Positions 1-12,943 are shown, counted from the first letter of the stretch. The stretch: DNA of 64,000 bases from Nakamurella sp. (GCA_037720195.1 JBBJML010000019.1:8693-72692); one strand, 5' to 3'. Made by a program: numbers and translations. The notes: generated by a model from the letters alone, not told the origin.

Positions 1-902
1 TCGGCGAGAAGGTCTTCATCCGTCTCAAGGACGGAGCGCGGGTACGGGTGCACGGGGGCTCGGTCTTCGCCGGTGAGGAGGAGGTCGCCTCCGGGACGGA
101 GCTGACCCCCGAAGTGGTCGCCGATCTGATGATCGAGGCCCGTTCGGGGATGGCCGCCCAGCTGGAGGCGTTCGCCGCCAACGCGATCGAGTACATGAAG
201 CGCGAGCGCACGCTGCTGTTGGACGGTGTCGGGATCCCCGAACTCGCCACCGTGATGACCGACAAGCAGGTGCTGATCGTCGCCGGTTCGCCGGACACCC
301 AGGACGAGCTGAAGTCGCTGAAGCGATTCATCCGCGACTACCGGCCGGTGCTGATCGGCGTGGAGTCCGGCGCCGACGCCCTGATGGCCGCCGGATATTC
401 GCCCGACGTCGTCGTCGGCAACCCGGAGCGGATCGAGGACGAGACCCTCAGGAGCCGCTGCGAGGTGGTGATCCCGGCGCACACCGACGGGCACGCCCCC
501 GGCCTCGAGCGGTTGCAGGCCCTCGGTATCGGGGCTGTCACCTTCCCGGCGAGCGGTACCTCGGAGGACCTCGCGCTGCTGATCGCCAATGCCCACGGCG
601 CTGCGCTGATCGTGACCGTCGGCATGCACGCTTCGCTGGCCGCGATGCTCGATCGCGGCCGCGGTTCCAGCGCCTCCACCTTCCTGGTGCGGATGCGGGT
701 GTCCGACAAGATCGTCGAGGCCGGGGCCGTCGCCGGGTTGTACCGACCGAAGGTCTCCTGGTGGGTGGTGGCCCTGTTGCTGCTGTCCGCGATCGTCGCC
801 GTGGTGGCAGCGGTCTGGTTCTCCGGCGCAGGGGAGACCTACGCCGATCTCATCCGCGGCTGGTCCGCCGACGTCGCCAACTGGTTCAAGGGGCTGTTCT
901 AG
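1..902 (+). CDS. steA: SteA-like cytokinetic-ring associated protein (thiamine pyrophosphokinase-like fold), 5' end off-window
   Basis: The frame is open from the window edge (GEKVFIRLKDGARVRVHGGSVF...) with no upstream stop. It has a C-terminal TM helix (WWVVALLLLSAIVAVVAAVWF). It lies directly upstream of the mctB-like gene and pyrG, as with Mtb Rv1697-Rv1699 (from memory). Confidence 0.65.
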   Translation, partial: GEKVFIRLKDGARVRVHGGSVFAGEEEVASGTELTPEVVADLMIEARSGMAAQLEAFAANAIEYMKRERTLLLDGVGIPELATVMTDKQVLIVAGSPDTQDELKSLKRFIRDYRPVLIGVESGADALMAAGYSPDVVVGNPERIEDETLRSRCEVVIPAHTDGHAPGLERLQALGIGAVTFPASGTSEDLALLIANAHGAALIVTVGMHASLAAMLDRGRGSSASTFLVRMRVSDKIVEAGAVAGLYRPKVSWWVVALLLLSAIVAVVAAVWFSGAGETYADLIRGWSADVANWFKGLF

Positions 903-1841
903 ATGATCTCCATGCGGTATCACATCGTCTCCATCGCGGGTGTCTTCCTGGCGCTCGCGCTGGGGATCGTCCTGGGCGCGACCAAGGTGCAGGGGCCGAT
1001 CCTGGCCGGTGCGACCGACGACCGCACCCAGCTCACCCAGCAGCGCGATCAGCTGCAGTCCGCCAACTCCTCGCTGCAGGCGCAGCTCAACACCGGCGAA
1101 AAGTTCGCCGATGATGTGTCGGCGCTGGCCGTCCGCGGCACGCTGCCCAAGCAGACCGTCGTGCTGATCAGCACCCAGGACGCCGATCCCGGCGATCGTG
1201 ACGCGCTGCTCGGGCTGCTGGCCCGCGCCGGTGCCACCGTCACCGCGCAGCTGGCGCTGACGGCGGACTTCACCGATCCGGCTCGCAGCAGCGAGCTGCA
1301 GTCGCTGGTGGCGAAGTCGCTGCCGGCCGGCGCCAAGCTCCCCGACGTCGCTTCCGGCGGCACCATGGCGGGCGTGCTGCTCGGCGCGGTGCTGGTGACC
1401 GACAAGGACAACAAGGCGACCTCGCAGCCCGCCGAGGCGACCGCGGCGATGTCCGCGCTGTCCAGCGGCGGGTTCGTCACCGCAGACGGCACACTCGCTC
1501 CCGGCAGGTTGGTCATCGTGCTCACCGGCGGCGCACCGAGCGGTGGGTCGGAGACCGACCGCGCCGCTGTGGTCTCGGACCTGGCCGCCCAGTTGCGCAA
1601 GAGCGCCGGGGGCGTGGTCCTGGTCGGCTCCGCCGGGTCGGCGACCGAGACCGGGGTGGTGGGCACTCTCCGAGGTGACAGCACCGCGGCGAGCGCGGTG
1701 TCCACCGTCGACGACGTGGACTCCTCCGTCGGTCGGATCGGCGCGGTGCTCGCACTCGTCGAGCAGGCGGGTGGTGGCGTCGGGCAGTACGGCACCGGCA
1801 GCGGGGCAGCAGCGCCGATCCCGGTACTGGCCGTCGGCTGA
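903..1841 (+). CDS. mctB: MctB-like copper transporter family protein (DUF3186)
   Basis: The ATG directly follows the upstream TAG. The N-terminus MISMRYHIVSIAGVFLALALGIVLG closely resembles the remembered MctB/Rv1698 N-terminal TM segment. The remainder is Ala/Gly-rich, and the gene sits before pyrG. Confidence 0.7.
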   Translation: MISMRYHIVSIAGVFLALALGIVLGATKVQGPILAGATDDRTQLTQQRDQLQSANSSLQAQLNTGEKFADDVSALAVRGTLPKQTVVLISTQDADPGDRDALLGLLARAGATVTAQLALTADFTDPARSSELQSLVAKSLPAGAKLPDVASGGTMAGVLLGAVLVTDKDNKATSQPAEATAAMSALSSGGFVTADGTLAPGRLVIVLTGGAPSGGSETDRAAVVSDLAAQLRKSAGGVVLVGSAGSATETGVVGTLRGDSTAASAVSTVDDVDSSVGRIGAVLALVEQAGGGVGQYGTGSGAAAPIPVLAVG

Positions 1842-1860
1842 TCCAGGACCTGCACCCAGC

Positions 1861-1895
1861 GAGGTCTCGTCTCGTTCGTTCCTCACTCGCTCGAT
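1861..1895 (-). repeat. Copy of the dispersed intergenic repeat family (long form, reverse orientation)
   Basis: The reverse complement reads ATCGAGCGAGTGAGGAACGAACGAGACGAGACCTC. This nearly matches the copies at 24211-24259 and 24475-24530. Confidence 0.7.
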
Positions 1896-1907
1896 TACCG
1901 AAGTGCT

Positions 1908-1944
1908 CGAAGATCCCCGGACGCAGGTCGTCCGGGGATCTTCG
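1908..1944 (+). terminator. Perfect 16-bp stem hairpin downstream of the mctB-like gene
   Basis: CGAAGATCCCCGGACG - CAGGT - CGTCCGGGGATCTTCG lies 67 nt after the stop codon. There is no U-tract, which is common in actinobacteria. Confidence 0.55.
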
Positions 1945-2077
1945 GTGTCCGGCGGGCCCGACCTGGCCGCCCGGAGCACGGTGCTGTCGACCTGGGGGCG
2001 ACTCGGCGGCGCCGTCGGGTCCGATCCTCCCGGGAGTCGGATAGGATGAAACCCCGTGGGGCGGACGGATTCGCTGA

Positions 2078-3922
<1,845 letters not shown>

Positions 3923-3930
3923 CCTCCCTG

Positions 3931-4560
3931 ATGTTCGAGACCCGTTCCAGCAACAGGGTTTTTGATGGCAAGGTCGTGCGGTTGCGGATCGACTCGGTGG
4001 TGATGCCCGACGGTGGGGTGGCTGACCGGGAGGTCGTCGAACACGATCTCGCGGTGGCCGTCCTCGCTCTGGACGACGAGCAGCGGGTGACGCTGATCGA
4101 GCAGTACCGACATCCGCTGGGTCGCCGGATCTGGGAGCTGCCGGCGGGCCTGATGGACGTGCCGGGGGAGTCGGCACTGCTGGCTGCCCAGCGCGAGCTG
4201 GCCGAGGAGGTCGGTCTGCTGGCCGATCGGTGGGACGTGCTGGTCGATCTGACCGTCTCGCCCGGTTTCACCACCGAATCGGTCCGGGTGTACCTGGCCC
4301 GTGAACTCACCGAGATCGACCGGCCCGGCGAGATCGTCCACGAGGAAGCAGATCTGCGAACGGTGCGCGTGCCGCTGCCCGACGCAGTCCGGGCGGTGTT
4401 GGCGGGCGACATCGTCAACGGCGCGGCGGTGAGCGGCATCCTGGCCACCGAGCTCGTGCTGCGCACCGGCGTCGTCCCACGATCCGACACCGCGTGGACG
4501 TCTGGTCCCGCACTCGAGGCGCAGCCGCGTCCGGACCTGGGTCGCGACCTGCGGTGGTGA
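3931..4560 (+). CDS. NUDIX hydrolase (ADP-ribose pyrophosphatase-like)
   Basis: Nudix box [24 protein letters not shown] (GX5EX7REUXEEXGU). It sits between pyrG and xerD, as with Rv1700. Confidence 0.9.
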   Translation: MFETRSSNRVFDGKVVRLRIDSVVMPDGGVADREVVEHDLAVAVLALDDEQRVTLIEQYRHPLGRRIWELPAGLMDVPGESALLAAQRELAEEVGLLADRWDVLVDLTVSPGFTTESVRVYLARELTEIDRPGEIVHEEADLRTVRVPLPDAVRAVLAGDIVNGAAVSGILATELVLRTGVVPRSDTAWTSGPALEAQPRPDLGRDLRW

Positions 4561-4567
4561 GCCGCGG

Positions 4568-5566
4568 GTGACGGTCACAGGATTGCCGGCACCCCCCGCC
4601 GGCGACGATCTCCCTGCCGAACCCGCCCCGGCCCTCACCGCAGCGGTGCGTTCCTTCCTCGACCACCTGGCGGTCGAACGCGGCGCTGCACGCAACACCC
4701 TGCTGTCCTATCGCCGGGACCTCGACCGCTACCTGCAGACCCTCGCCGCGGCCGGGATCGACCGGGTACAGGCAGTGACGCCGGAGCTGGTCGCCGAACA
4801 CCTCATGGCGCTGCGCGAGGGGACCCCCGGCCGGGCTCCGTTGGCCGCGTCGTCGGCGGCGCGCGCGGTGGTGGCGGTGCGAGGGTTGCACCGCTTCCTG
4901 CTGGCCGAAGGTGTGGCGGACCACGATCCGTCGGTGGACGTCCGGCCACCGACAGCGGCCCGTCGGCTGCCGAAGGCTCTGGACGTGGACTCGATCAGCC
5001 GCCTGCTGGATGCCGTCGCCGGTGACGATCCACGCTCGTTGCGCGATCGGGCGCTGCTGGAGCTGCTGTATGCAACGGGGGCCCGCATCTCCGAGGCGGT
5101 GGGGCTGGACGTCGACGACGTGAGTGGCCTGGTGGGTGGCGTCGCCGCCGACCGGAGCCCGGTGATCCGGTTGCGCGGCAAGGGGAACAAGGAGCGCATC
5201 GTGCCCGTCGGCTCGTACGCGGTCGCGGCAGTGGGGGCTTACCTGGTGCGCGGACGTCCAGCGCTGGCGGCCGGCGGCCGCGGGCAGGGAGCGTTGCTGC
5301 TCAACCACCGGGGCAGCAGGCTGTCCCGACAGTCGGCCTGGCAGGTGCTGCAAGACACCGCGGAACGGATCGGTCTCGGCGACCGGGTCTCACCGCACAC
5401 GATGCGGCACTCGTTCGCCACCCATTTGTTGGAGGGCGGCGCCGACGTCCGCGCGGTGCAGGAGCTGCTCGGCCACGCATCGGTCACCACCACCCAGATC
5501 TACACCCTGGTGACGGTCGATTCGTTGCGGGAGGTCTACACGACCGCCCACCCGCGGGCCCGCTGA
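4568..5566 (+). CDS. xerD: Site-specific tyrosine recombinase XerD
   Basis: C-terminal catalytic motifs [37 protein letters not shown] and ARISE are present. It is in the conserved pyrG-nudix-xerD context. Confidence 0.9.
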   Translation: MTVTGLPAPPAGDDLPAEPAPALTAAVRSFLDHLAVERGAARNTLLSYRRDLDRYLQTLAAAGIDRVQAVTPELVAEHLMALREGTPGRAPLAASSAARAVVAVRGLHRFLLAEGVADHDPSVDVRPPTAARRLPKALDVDSISRLLDAVAGDDPRSLRDRALLELLYATGARISEAVGLDVDDVSGLVGGVAADRSPVIRLRGKGNKERIVPVGSYAVAAVGAYLVRGRPALAAGGRGQGALLLNHRGSRLSRQSAWQVLQDTAERIGLGDRVSPHTMRHSFATHLLEGGADVRAVQELLGHASVTTTQIYTLVTVDSLREVYTTAHPRAR

Positions 5567-5702
5567 CCGCATCCGCGCGGCATGGAACGGAGGTCTGCAC
5601 GGATTCTCCCGAATCGCCCCCCACGGCCCGCATCAAGGCGGATCATCACGTCATCCGCTCCTCGACCGTGCGCCGCTGCGCACCGCCCACCCAGGAACCG
5701 TC

Positions 5703-6434
5703 ATGACCGCTTCCACCCGCTCCCTCCCGTCGCTCGTAGCCGTGCTGACGGTGTCCGCCCTCGCCCTGCTCGGCTGTTCCTCCAGTCCGACCGCTGCGCC
5801 GTCGACTGCCGCGCCGTCGAGCTCCACGCCGGCCTCGGCGCCGGTCTCGGATTCGGCACCGGTGTCGGCTTTCCCGGCGACGTCGGCACCGACCGGTTCG
5901 GAGACTGCCGACCCAGGGTCCTCCGAGGTCGGTCCCACCGGTGAGCCTGGTGGCAGCGAGCCGAGCACCGCTGAACCGACCACCGGTGAGCCTGGTGGCA
6001 GCGAGCCGAGCGATACCGCCGGCAGCGGATCGACCGGAGGGCCGGCCAGGATCCAGCTGTCCGGAGCGATCTGCGACTTCCTGGAGAAGGAGATCCCGGT
6101 CGCCGAGATGGCCACCCTGACCGGTCTCGCAGTCGATCGGACGATCGAGATGGGGGATGAGTGGTGCATCTACACCTCCGGCGGTCCCGACGACATCGTC
6201 ACCGTGCAGTATCAGAAGGACGCGAAGGACGAGTTCGACCTGATCGGCGTCGGCGGTTCCACGCTGGACACCACCACGCTCGGCGTACCGATGTACTCCG
6301 AGCAGGACACCAACGGGGTCTACTTCCTCGACGGGACCACCCAGTGGGAGGTCCGGGTCGGCAACGCGGGCAACGGTGCGGACCCGGCGCAGTACGCCGC
6401 GGCGATCACGGTCGCGCAGAAGCTGCTCGGCTGA
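5703..6434 (+). CDS. Hypothetical lipoprotein with a Pro/Ser/Thr/Glu-rich repeat linker
   Basis: It has a signal peptide with lipobox (LALLGC). The low-complexity linker carries a duplicated PTGEPGGSEPS segment, followed by a globular C-terminal domain of unknown family. Confidence 0.6.
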   Translation: MTASTRSLPSLVAVLTVSALALLGCSSSPTAAPSTAAPSSSTPASAPVSDSAPVSAFPATSAPTGSETADPGSSEVGPTGEPGGSEPSTAEPTTGEPGGSEPSDTAGSGSTGGPARIQLSGAICDFLEKEIPVAEMATLTGLAVDRTIEMGDEWCIYTSGGPDDIVTVQYQKDAKDEFDLIGVGGSTLDTTTLGVPMYSEQDTNGVYFLDGTTQWEVRVGNAGNGADPAQYAAAITVAQKLLG

Positions 6435-6519
6435 TCGCGGGGCGTCGGTTGGAGCGGGGGGCGCCGAGCGCATACCCTGACCTGGTCGTCGGGAGGACGA
6501 CGGGACGAGGAGCAGGTAG

Positions 6520-7512
6520 TTGAGCACAGAACGGGACACGGCGAGCCTGGTGTCCGGCGACGCCGCCGCAGCCACGCCCTCGCCGCAGGACACAGACCCG
6601 TCGGGAGCCGGGCCAGCAGCATCGTCCGCCGACGGAGCCGCTGAGCTGTTCCCCGCGCCTGCTGCCGATCGGTCAGCGGGTGCCGAGATGGGCCCGACCG
6701 CTCGTCCGATGCGCCCGGCCGTCGAACCACAGCCGCTCACCACGCACGGTCCCGCCAGGGTCATCTCGATGTGCAACCAGAAGGGCGGGGTCGGCAAGAC
6801 GACCTCGACCATCAACCTGGGCGCCGCACTCGCCGGCTTCGGTCGCAAGGTGCTGCTGGTCGACCTCGATCCGCAGGGCGCGCTGTCCGCGGGGCTGGGC
6901 GTGCCGTCCCACGAGATGGACCGAACGATCTACAACCTGATGTTGGAGCGCTCGACGTCGATCACCGACGTGCTCGTCTCCACCAAGGTCGAGAACCTCG
7001 ATCTGCTGCCCGCCAACATCGACCTGTCGGCGGCGGAGGTCCAGCTGATCAACGAGGTCGGTCGGGAGCACACCCTGGCCCGGGCGCTGCGGCCGGTCCT
7101 GCACGCCTACGACTACGTCCTCATCGACTGCCAGCCGTCGCTCGGGCTGCTGACGGTGAACGCGCTGGCCTGCTCGGACGGCGTCATCATGCCGGTGGCC
7201 GCGGAGTTCTTCTCGCTACGCGGCGTCGCGCTGCTGGTCGACACCATCGAGAAGGTGCAGGAGCGGATCAATCCCGACCTCGCCGTCGACGGCGTGCTGG
7301 TGACGATGTTCGACGGCCGCACCGTGCACGCGCGGGACGTCGTGGCGATGTTGGTGCAGCGCTTCGGGGATGACGTCTACGACACGGTGATCGCCCGCAC
7401 CGTCAAGTTCCCGGAGACCACGGTCGCCGGTGAACCGATCACCAGCTACGCCCCGACCTCGGCTGCCGCCGATGCCTACCGTGCCCTGGCCCGGGAAGTG
7501 ATCGCGCGGTGA
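6520..7512 (+). CDS. ParA/Soj-family chromosome partitioning ATPase (start uncertain)
   Basis: It has a deviant Walker A (NQKGGVGKTTSTINLGAALA), and DLDPQG and IDCQPSLG motifs. It lies upstream of scpA/scpB, as with Rv1708. The Ala/Pro-rich N-terminal ~85 aa may not all be translated. Confidence 0.9.
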   Translation: MSTERDTASLVSGDAAAATPSPQDTDPSGAGPAASSADGAAELFPAPAADRSAGAEMGPTARPMRPAVEPQPLTTHGPARVISMCNQKGGVGKTTSTINLGAALAGFGRKVLLVDLDPQGALSAGLGVPSHEMDRTIYNLMLERSTSITDVLVSTKVENLDLLPANIDLSAAEVQLINEVGREHTLARALRPVLHAYDYVLIDCQPSLGLLTVNALACSDGVIMPVAAEFFSLRGVALLVDTIEKVQERINPDLAVDGVLVTMFDGRTVHARDVVAMLVQRFGDDVYDTVIARTVKFPETTVAGEPITSYAPTSAAADAYRALAREVIAR

Positions 7513-8411
7513 CCGGTGCCGGCACGGTGATCGCCGCGCCCGGCAGTGTTGCAGCGGCCCCGCCGCACATCCCTCACGAGTCGGTTGCTGTCCCCGCGGA
7601 GGCTGTGGTGCGCGACCGCCGCTTCCATGTCAGCCTCGACAACTTCGACGGGCCGTTCGATCTGTTGCTGCAGTTGATCTCCCAGCACCGGATGGACGTC
7701 ACCGAGGTGGCGCTGCACCGGGTGACGGACGAGTTCCTGGTGCACGTGCGAGGGATGGGCGACAGCTGGGACCTGGAGCAGGTCACCGAGTTCCTGGTGG
7801 TGGCCGCGACCCTGTTAGACCTGAAGGCGGCCCGGCTGCTGCCCGACGCCGACGTGGAGAACCCGGATGATCTTGCGTTGCTGGAGGCCAAGGATCTGCT
7901 GTTCGCCCGGTTGCTCGCCTACCGGGCGTACCAGCAGGTGGCCATGCTCTTCCGGGAGCTCGAGTCTTCTGCGCTGCGCCGGTACCCGCGAGCCGTGACC
8001 CTGGAGGACCGCTACCTCGGGCTGCTGCCCGAGGTCCGGCTGGGGATGGATGCGGCGACCTTCGCGGAGCTCGCCGCTGCCGTGTTCCGTCCGAAACCGC
8101 CGCCGCCCACCGTCTCGCTGGACCACATCCACACCTCGACGGTGTCGGTCGCCGAACACACCCTGATCATCCGCTCGATGCTCGCCGAGCACGGCCGGCT
8201 CGACTTCACGGCGCTGGTCGCTGCCTGCACCAACACGCTGGAAGTGGTGGCCAGGTTCCTGGGACTGCTGAACCTGTACCGCGAGGCGGTGGTCACCTTC
8301 GACCAGCCGGAACCATTGGGGGAGTTGACGATCCGGTGGACCGGTGAGGCCGACCCGGCCGCCGGTTCGATCGGCTCCGCCGGGATCGCGACCGACGAGG
8401 AGTACGAGTGA
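7509..8411 (+). CDS. scpA: Segregation and condensation protein A
   Basis: The GTG start overlaps the parA stop. The conserved N-terminal segment is FDGPFDLLLQLISQHRMDVTEVALHRVTDEFL. It is followed by scpB. Confidence 0.9.
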   Translation: MTGAGTVIAAPGSVAAAPPHIPHESVAVPAEAVVRDRRFHVSLDNFDGPFDLLLQLISQHRMDVTEVALHRVTDEFLVHVRGMGDSWDLEQVTEFLVVAATLLDLKAARLLPDADVENPDDLALLEAKDLLFARLLAYRAYQQVAMLFRELESSALRRYPRAVTLEDRYLGLLPEVRLGMDAATFAELAAAVFRPKPPPPTVSLDHIHTSTVSVAEHTLIIRSMLAEHGRLDFTALVAACTNTLEVVARFLGLLNLYREAVVTFDQPEPLGELTIRWTGEADPAAGSIGSAGIATDEEYE

Positions 8412-9160
8412 GTACCTGGCCCGACCGTGATGACACCGGTCCCGTCGCCGGCGACCTGACCGATGCCGCTGCAACGACCTCTGCTGCACCGCATTCCGCC
8501 GCCACCACCGATGCCGCCGGCACCGGATTCGATGACATCGGCCTAGAAGCCGCCGGCGCCGCCGGCCCCGTCGAGGTGGAGGATCTCGAGGAGATCCCGC
8601 CGCTGCCGACCCAGGGTGCGATAGAGGACGACGAACTCGACGGCGCGCTGGAGGCCATCCTGCTGGTGGTCGACACCCCGGTTCCCGAGCAATCGCTCGC
8701 GTCGGCAGTCGGACGCTCGCTCGCGGAGGTCCGCGGGCGACTGATCGAGCTGGCCGGACGGTATGCCGAGGCGCGGTCGGGGATCGATCTGCGCGAGATC
8801 GGCGGCGGCTGGCGGTTCTACACCCGCGACCGGTTCGCGCCGGTGGTCGAGCGGTTCGTGCTCGACGGCCAACAGTCGCGGCTGTCGCGGGCGGCGCTCG
8901 AGTCGCTGGCCGTGATCGCCTACCGCCAGCCGGTGACCCGCGCCCGGATCGCGGCGGTCCGCGGTGTGAACGTGGACGGCGTGATCCGCACCCTGGTCGC
9001 CCGCGGCCTGATCGAGGAGTCCGGGACCGACCCGGAGACCGGCGGTACCCGGTACCGCACCACCGAATTGTTCACCGAGCGACTCGGGCTCAACTCCCTG
9101 GAGGAGTTGCCCGACCTCGGACCCCTGCTGCCCGAAGTGGATGCGATCGTCGATGTATAA
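8408..9160 (+). CDS. scpB: Segregation and condensation protein B (start uncertain)
   Basis: GTGA overlap with scpA. Winged-helix segments LEAILLVVDTPV, GGGWRFYTR and SRAALESLAVIAYRQPVTRARIAAVRGVNVDGVIRTLVARGLI are present. Confidence 0.9.
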   Translation: MSTWPDRDDTGPVAGDLTDAAATTSAAPHSAATTDAAGTGFDDIGLEAAGAAGPVEVEDLEEIPPLPTQGAIEDDELDGALEAILLVVDTPVPEQSLASAVGRSLAEVRGRLIELAGRYAEARSGIDLREIGGGWRFYTRDRFAPVVERFVLDGQQSRLSRAALESLAVIAYRQPVTRARIAAVRGVNVDGVIRTLVARGLIEESGTDPETGGTRYRTTELFTERLGLNSLEELPDLGPLLPEVDAIVDV

Positions 9161-9971
9161 CTCCCGTGATTCCGGTAAGATCCACTACCGGCACCCGGCC
9201 AAGAACGCCCAGGCCCCGAACTTCACCGACGAGGAGCGCTCCGACGGGGTGCGCCTGCAGAAGGTGCTCTCGGCAGCCGGGGTCGCCTCCCGCCGCAAGG
9301 CAGAGGAGATGATCCGGGACGGCCGGATCACCGTCGACGGCATCATCGTCCGCGAGATGGGGATGCGGATCGACCCCGAGAACGCGGTCGTGCACGTGGA
9401 CGGCAGCCGCATCCAACTGCGGGCCGACCTGGTGCACCTCGCGCTCAACAAGCAGCCAGGCATGCTCTCGACGATGTCGGACGACGAGGGGCGCCCGCAC
9501 ATCGGCCGGCTCGTCGAGGACTGGGGCGTCACCACCCGGTTGTTCCACGTCGGGCGGCTCGACATGGATTCCGAGGGCCTGCTGATCCTCACCAACGACG
9601 GCGACCTCGCGCACCGCCTCACCCACCCGTCCTTCGGTGTCACCAAGACCTACATGGCCGAAGTGCCCTCGCCGATCCCGCGCGATCTGGGGCGACGCCT
9701 GCGCAAGGGCATCGAGCTGGAGGACGGGATCGTCAAGGTCGACCACTTCGACATCGTCGACGTCCACCACCAGCGGGCGGTCGTCGAGGTCGTCCTGCAC
9801 GAAGGGCGCAAGCACGTCGTGCGTCGGATGCTCGCCGCCGCGGGTCATCCGGTGTCCCGGCTGGTGCGCACGAAGATCGGCGAGGTCCAGCTGGGCCACC
9901 AGCCTCCCGGCACGCTGCGCAAGCTCAACCCGGTCGAGGTGTCGTTGCTCTACAAGGCGGTGGGCCTGTGA
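9141..9971 (+). CDS. rluB: Pseudouridine synthase, RsuA/RluB family with S4 domain (start uncertain)
   Basis: S4 domain RLQKVLSAAGVASRRKAEEMIRDGRITVDG. Catalytic HVGRLDMDSEGLLILTNDG motif. Confidence 0.9.
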   Translation: MRSSMYNSRDSGKIHYRHPAKNAQAPNFTDEERSDGVRLQKVLSAAGVASRRKAEEMIRDGRITVDGIIVREMGMRIDPENAVVHVDGSRIQLRADLVHLALNKQPGMLSTMSDDEGRPHIGRLVEDWGVTTRLFHVGRLDMDSEGLLILTNDGDLAHRLTHPSFGVTKTYMAEVPSPIPRDLGRRLRKGIELEDGIVKVDHFDIVDVHHQRAVVEVVLHEGRKHVVRRMLAAAGHPVSRLVRTKIGEVQLGHQPPGTLRKLNPVEVSLLYKAVGL

Positions 9972-10675
9972 CCGCCGTCCACACAGCCGGCCACCTCGGC
10001 ACTGCCGGCGCCCGGTTCGTCATCGCGATCGACGGCCCGTCCGGTACCGGGAAGTCGACGGTGGCGAAGGAGCTGGCCAGACGGCTCGGCGCCGGCTATC
10101 TCGACACCGGTGCGCTGTACCGGCTCGTCGCGCTCGCCGTGCTGCGCGCCGGCGTCGACCCGGAAGATCCGGTGGCCGTCGCTCCGGTGCTGGCCGGGCT
10201 GGAACTGCGCCCACCGCTGGATCCTGATGCCCAGCAGCACCTGCTCAGCGGTGACGACGTCACCGCCGACATCCGCGGTGTCCCGGTGACGCAGGCCGTC
10301 ACCCCGATCTCTGCTCAGCCGCAGGTCCGGACCTGGCTGCACGACCTGCAGCGGGGGACCGCTCTCGGCGGACGCATGGTCGTCGAGGGACGGGACATCG
10401 GCACGGTGATCGTGCCGGAGGCTGAGCTCAAGATCTTCCTCACCGCGGACGAGGACGAACGCGCGCGCCGGCGGCACGGTGAGACCGGCGGAGCCGCAGG
10501 GAACGTCGCCGAAGTCGGCGCCGATCTGCGTCGGCGCGACCTGGTCGACTCGACCCGGGCGACCGCCCCGCTGCGCCCCGCCGACGACGCCGAGCATGTC
10601 GACTCCTCCTCGCTAACCGTCGAGGAAGTGGTGGCGAGGATCCTGACTGCAGCGGAGAAGCGGGGATTGCGGTGA
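9968..10675 (+). CDS. cmk: Cytidylate kinase
   Basis: P-loop IAIDGPSGTGKST. It has a GRDIGTV motif and sits before der. Confidence 0.92.
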   Translation: MTAVHTAGHLGTAGARFVIAIDGPSGTGKSTVAKELARRLGAGYLDTGALYRLVALAVLRAGVDPEDPVAVAPVLAGLELRPPLDPDAQQHLLSGDDVTADIRGVPVTQAVTPISAQPQVRTWLHDLQRGTALGGRMVVEGRDIGTVIVPEAELKIFLTADEDERARRRHGETGGAAGNVAEVGADLRRRDLVDSTRATAPLRPADDAEHVDSSSLTVEEVVARILTAAEKRGLR

Positions 10676-11346
10676 AGTTCTTCCGACTCCCCGGGCAGGC
10701 GGATCCCGCGCCGCCGCACGCCACCGGGCGGTCCCTGGACCGCGGCCGGCGGATCGGTATCGTCCTGCGACACAGTTTGTACCGCAACAGAATCCGCGGG
10801 ATGGAGCATGTCCCCCCGCACGGTCCTGTCGTCTTCGTCGCCAACCACACGAACTTCATCGACGGTGCCGTGCTGTTCGGTCTGCTGCCCCGCCGGACCT
10901 CCTTCCTGATCAAGGCAGAGGCGGTCGAGGGGGCGCTCGGCTGGTTGCTCACCCATGTCGGTCAGTACGCCATCAACCGCACCGCGCCGCAGCGTGACCT
11001 GCTGCTCAAGGCGATGGAACAGCTGAAGCAGGGCGGCTGCATCGGCGTGTTCCCGGAAGGCACCCGCGGTGCCGGTCTGGTGGAGAGTGTTTTCAACGGT
11101 GCCGGCTGGTTGGCCGTCCGTACGGGTGCGGTGGTGGTGCCGATCGCGATCCGCGGGACCACCCGTCCGACTGGGTCCGGACGCCGGTTCCGCCCGTTCG
11201 TCGACGTCAGCATCGGGGAATCGTTCACCGTCCAGCCGGGTTCCGGTAAGCGGGCGGTCGATGCGGCAACGGTGCTGATCCAGCAGCGCCTCAGCGCCCG
11301 GGTCGCCGAACTCGACGCGCAGCTCACGACACGGGATGCCGCATGA
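10672..11346 (+). CDS. 1-acyl-sn-glycerol-3-phosphate acyltransferase family protein
   Basis: GTGA overlap with cmk. Acyltransferase HX4D block ([10 protein letters not shown]) and FPEGTR block are present. Confidence 0.85.
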   Translation: MKFFRLPGQADPAPPHATGRSLDRGRRIGIVLRHSLYRNRIRGMEHVPPHGPVVFVANHTNFIDGAVLFGLLPRRTSFLIKAEAVEGALGWLLTHVGQYAINRTAPQRDLLLKAMEQLKQGGCIGVFPEGTRGAGLVESVFNGAGWLAVRTGAVVVPIAIRGTTRPTGSGRRFRPFVDVSIGESFTVQPGSGKRAVDAATVLIQQRLSARVAELDAQLTTRDAA

Positions 11347-11455
11347 GGACAGCCGGAGTCCGGCAGCCACAGGAAATTCGCACCGTTGCGCGCACCACGC
11401 GCCGGCAACCGCATCCAGCACGCACCACCACACAGCAGCAAGTGACGAGGACGAG

Positions 11456-12943
11456 ATGACGCAGTCTGACGAGAGCGGTACCACCCAGGGCGCACCCGGC
11501 GCAGCGGGTCAGGAGAGCACGGTCCAGAGCACGTTCGAGGGGGACGGCAGCTGGACCGATGAGAGTGAGTTCGCCGGCTGGGAGGCCGCCGACTCACTCG
11601 GCGACGGACTCCCGGACGACGGCGGCCCGCTGCCGACGGTCGCCATCGTCGGCCGGCCGAACGTCGGCAAGTCGACGCTGGTCAACCGCATCATCGGACG
11701 GCGCGAGGCCGTGGTGCAGGACGTCCCGGGCGTCACCCGCGACCGGATCGCCTACGACGGACTGTGGCGCGGTCGCCGGTTCTCCGTCGTCGACACCGGC
11801 GGCTGGGAACCCGATGCCAAGGGCCTGCAGGGCGCGGTTGCCGCGCAGGCCGAGACCGCCATGCGCATCTCGGACCTGGTCGTCGTGGTGGTCGACGCGT
11901 CGGTCGGCGCCACGTCGACCGACGAGGCGATCGCCCGGGTACTGCGACGCTCGAAGCGCCCGGTGGTGCTGATCGCGAACAAGGTCGACGACGAGCGCAC
12001 CGAGTCCGACTCCGCCGACCTGTGGAACCTGGGACTGGGTGAGCCGTACCCGGTCTCGGCGCTGCACGGCCGCGGCTCGGGCGACGTGCTGGACGTCATC
12101 CTGGACAAGCTGCCGACCGCTCCCGCCGAACGGTTCGGTGAGGTCAGCGGACCACGCAGGGTCGCCCTGGTGGGCAAGCCCAACGTCGGCAAATCGTCGC
12201 TGCTCAACAAGCTCACCGGCGAAGACCGCTCGGTGGTGGACTCGGTGAGCGGCACCACCGTGGATCCGGTCGACTCGCTGGTCGACCTGGACGGCGAGAT
12301 CTGGCAGTTCGTCGACACCGCAGGGCTGCGCAAGCGGGTCAAGACGGCCAAGGGCATGGAGTTCTACGCATCGCTGCGCACCGAGGCGGCCATCGAGACC
12401 GCCGAGGTGGTGATCGTGCTGATCGACGGCAGCGAGCCCATCAGCGAGCAGGATCAGCGGGTCATCACGATGGTCGCGGAATCCGGCAAGGCACTGGTGA
12501 TCGCGCTCAACAAAGCAGACCTGGTCGACGGCGACCGGCGGATCGAGAGCGACCGCGAGGTGGACCGCGAGCTCAAGCGGGTTCCGTGGGCGGAGGTCAT
12601 CAACATCTCCGCGTCCTCCGGCCGCGGCGTCCATCGACTGGCGCCGGCGTTGCGGCGCGCCCTGGCATCCTGGGACACCCGGGTCCCGACCGGCCAACTG
12701 AACGCCTGGCTCAAGGAGCTGCTCCAGGCGACGCCGCCGCCGGTGCGCGGTGGCAAACAGCCCAGGGTGCTGTTCGCGACCCAGGCCAGGAACCGTCCGC
12801 CGACGTTCGTGCTGTTCACGACCGGGTTCCTGGAGGCCGGTTACCGGCGGTTCATCGAACGCCGGCTGCGCGAGGACTTCTCCTTCACCGGATCCCCGGT
12901 CCAGATCAACGTCCGGGTCCGGGAGAAGCGCGGCCGCCGCTGA
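11456..12943 (+). CDS. der: Ribosome-biogenesis GTPase Der/EngA (alternative upstream start at 11336)
   Basis: It has two GTPase domains ([21 protein letters not shown]; [21 protein letters not shown]) plus a C-terminal KH-like domain. The acidic N-terminal extension is of uncertain extent. Confidence 0.93.
   Translation: MTQSDESGTTQGAPGAAGQESTVQSTFEGDGSWTDESEFAGWEAADSLGDGLPDDGGPLPTVAIVGRPNVGKSTLVNRIIGRREAVVQDVPGVTRDRIAYDGLWRGRRFSVVDTGGWEPDAKGLQGAVAAQAETAMRISDLVVVVVDASVGATSTDEAIARVLRRSKRPVVLIANKVDDERTESDSADLWNLGLGEPYPVSALHGRGSGDVLDVILDKLPTAPAERFGEVSGPRRVALVGKPNVGKSSLLNKLTGEDRSVVDSVSGTTVDPVDSLVDLDGEIWQFVDTAGLRKRVKTAKGMEFYASLRTEAAIETAEVVIVLIDGSEPISEQDQRVITMVAESGKALVIALNKADLVDGDRRIESDREVDRELKRVPWAEVINISASSGRGVHRLAPALRRALASWDTRVPTGQLNAWLKELLQATPPPVRGGKQPRVLFATQARNRPPTFVLFTTGFLEAGYRRFIERRLREDFSFTGSPVQINVRVREKRGRR

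Noticed and set aside
4568-5566. Tyrosine recombinase as a mobile-element or phage integrase
   Set aside because: It sits in the conserved pyrG-nudix-xerD housekeeping context and has XerD-type motifs. No flanking att repeats or phage genes are present.
6520-7512. ParA ATPase as a plasmid or ICE partition gene
   Set aside because: It is followed by scpA/scpB in the conserved chromosomal arrangement. No parB, rep or conjugation genes are present.
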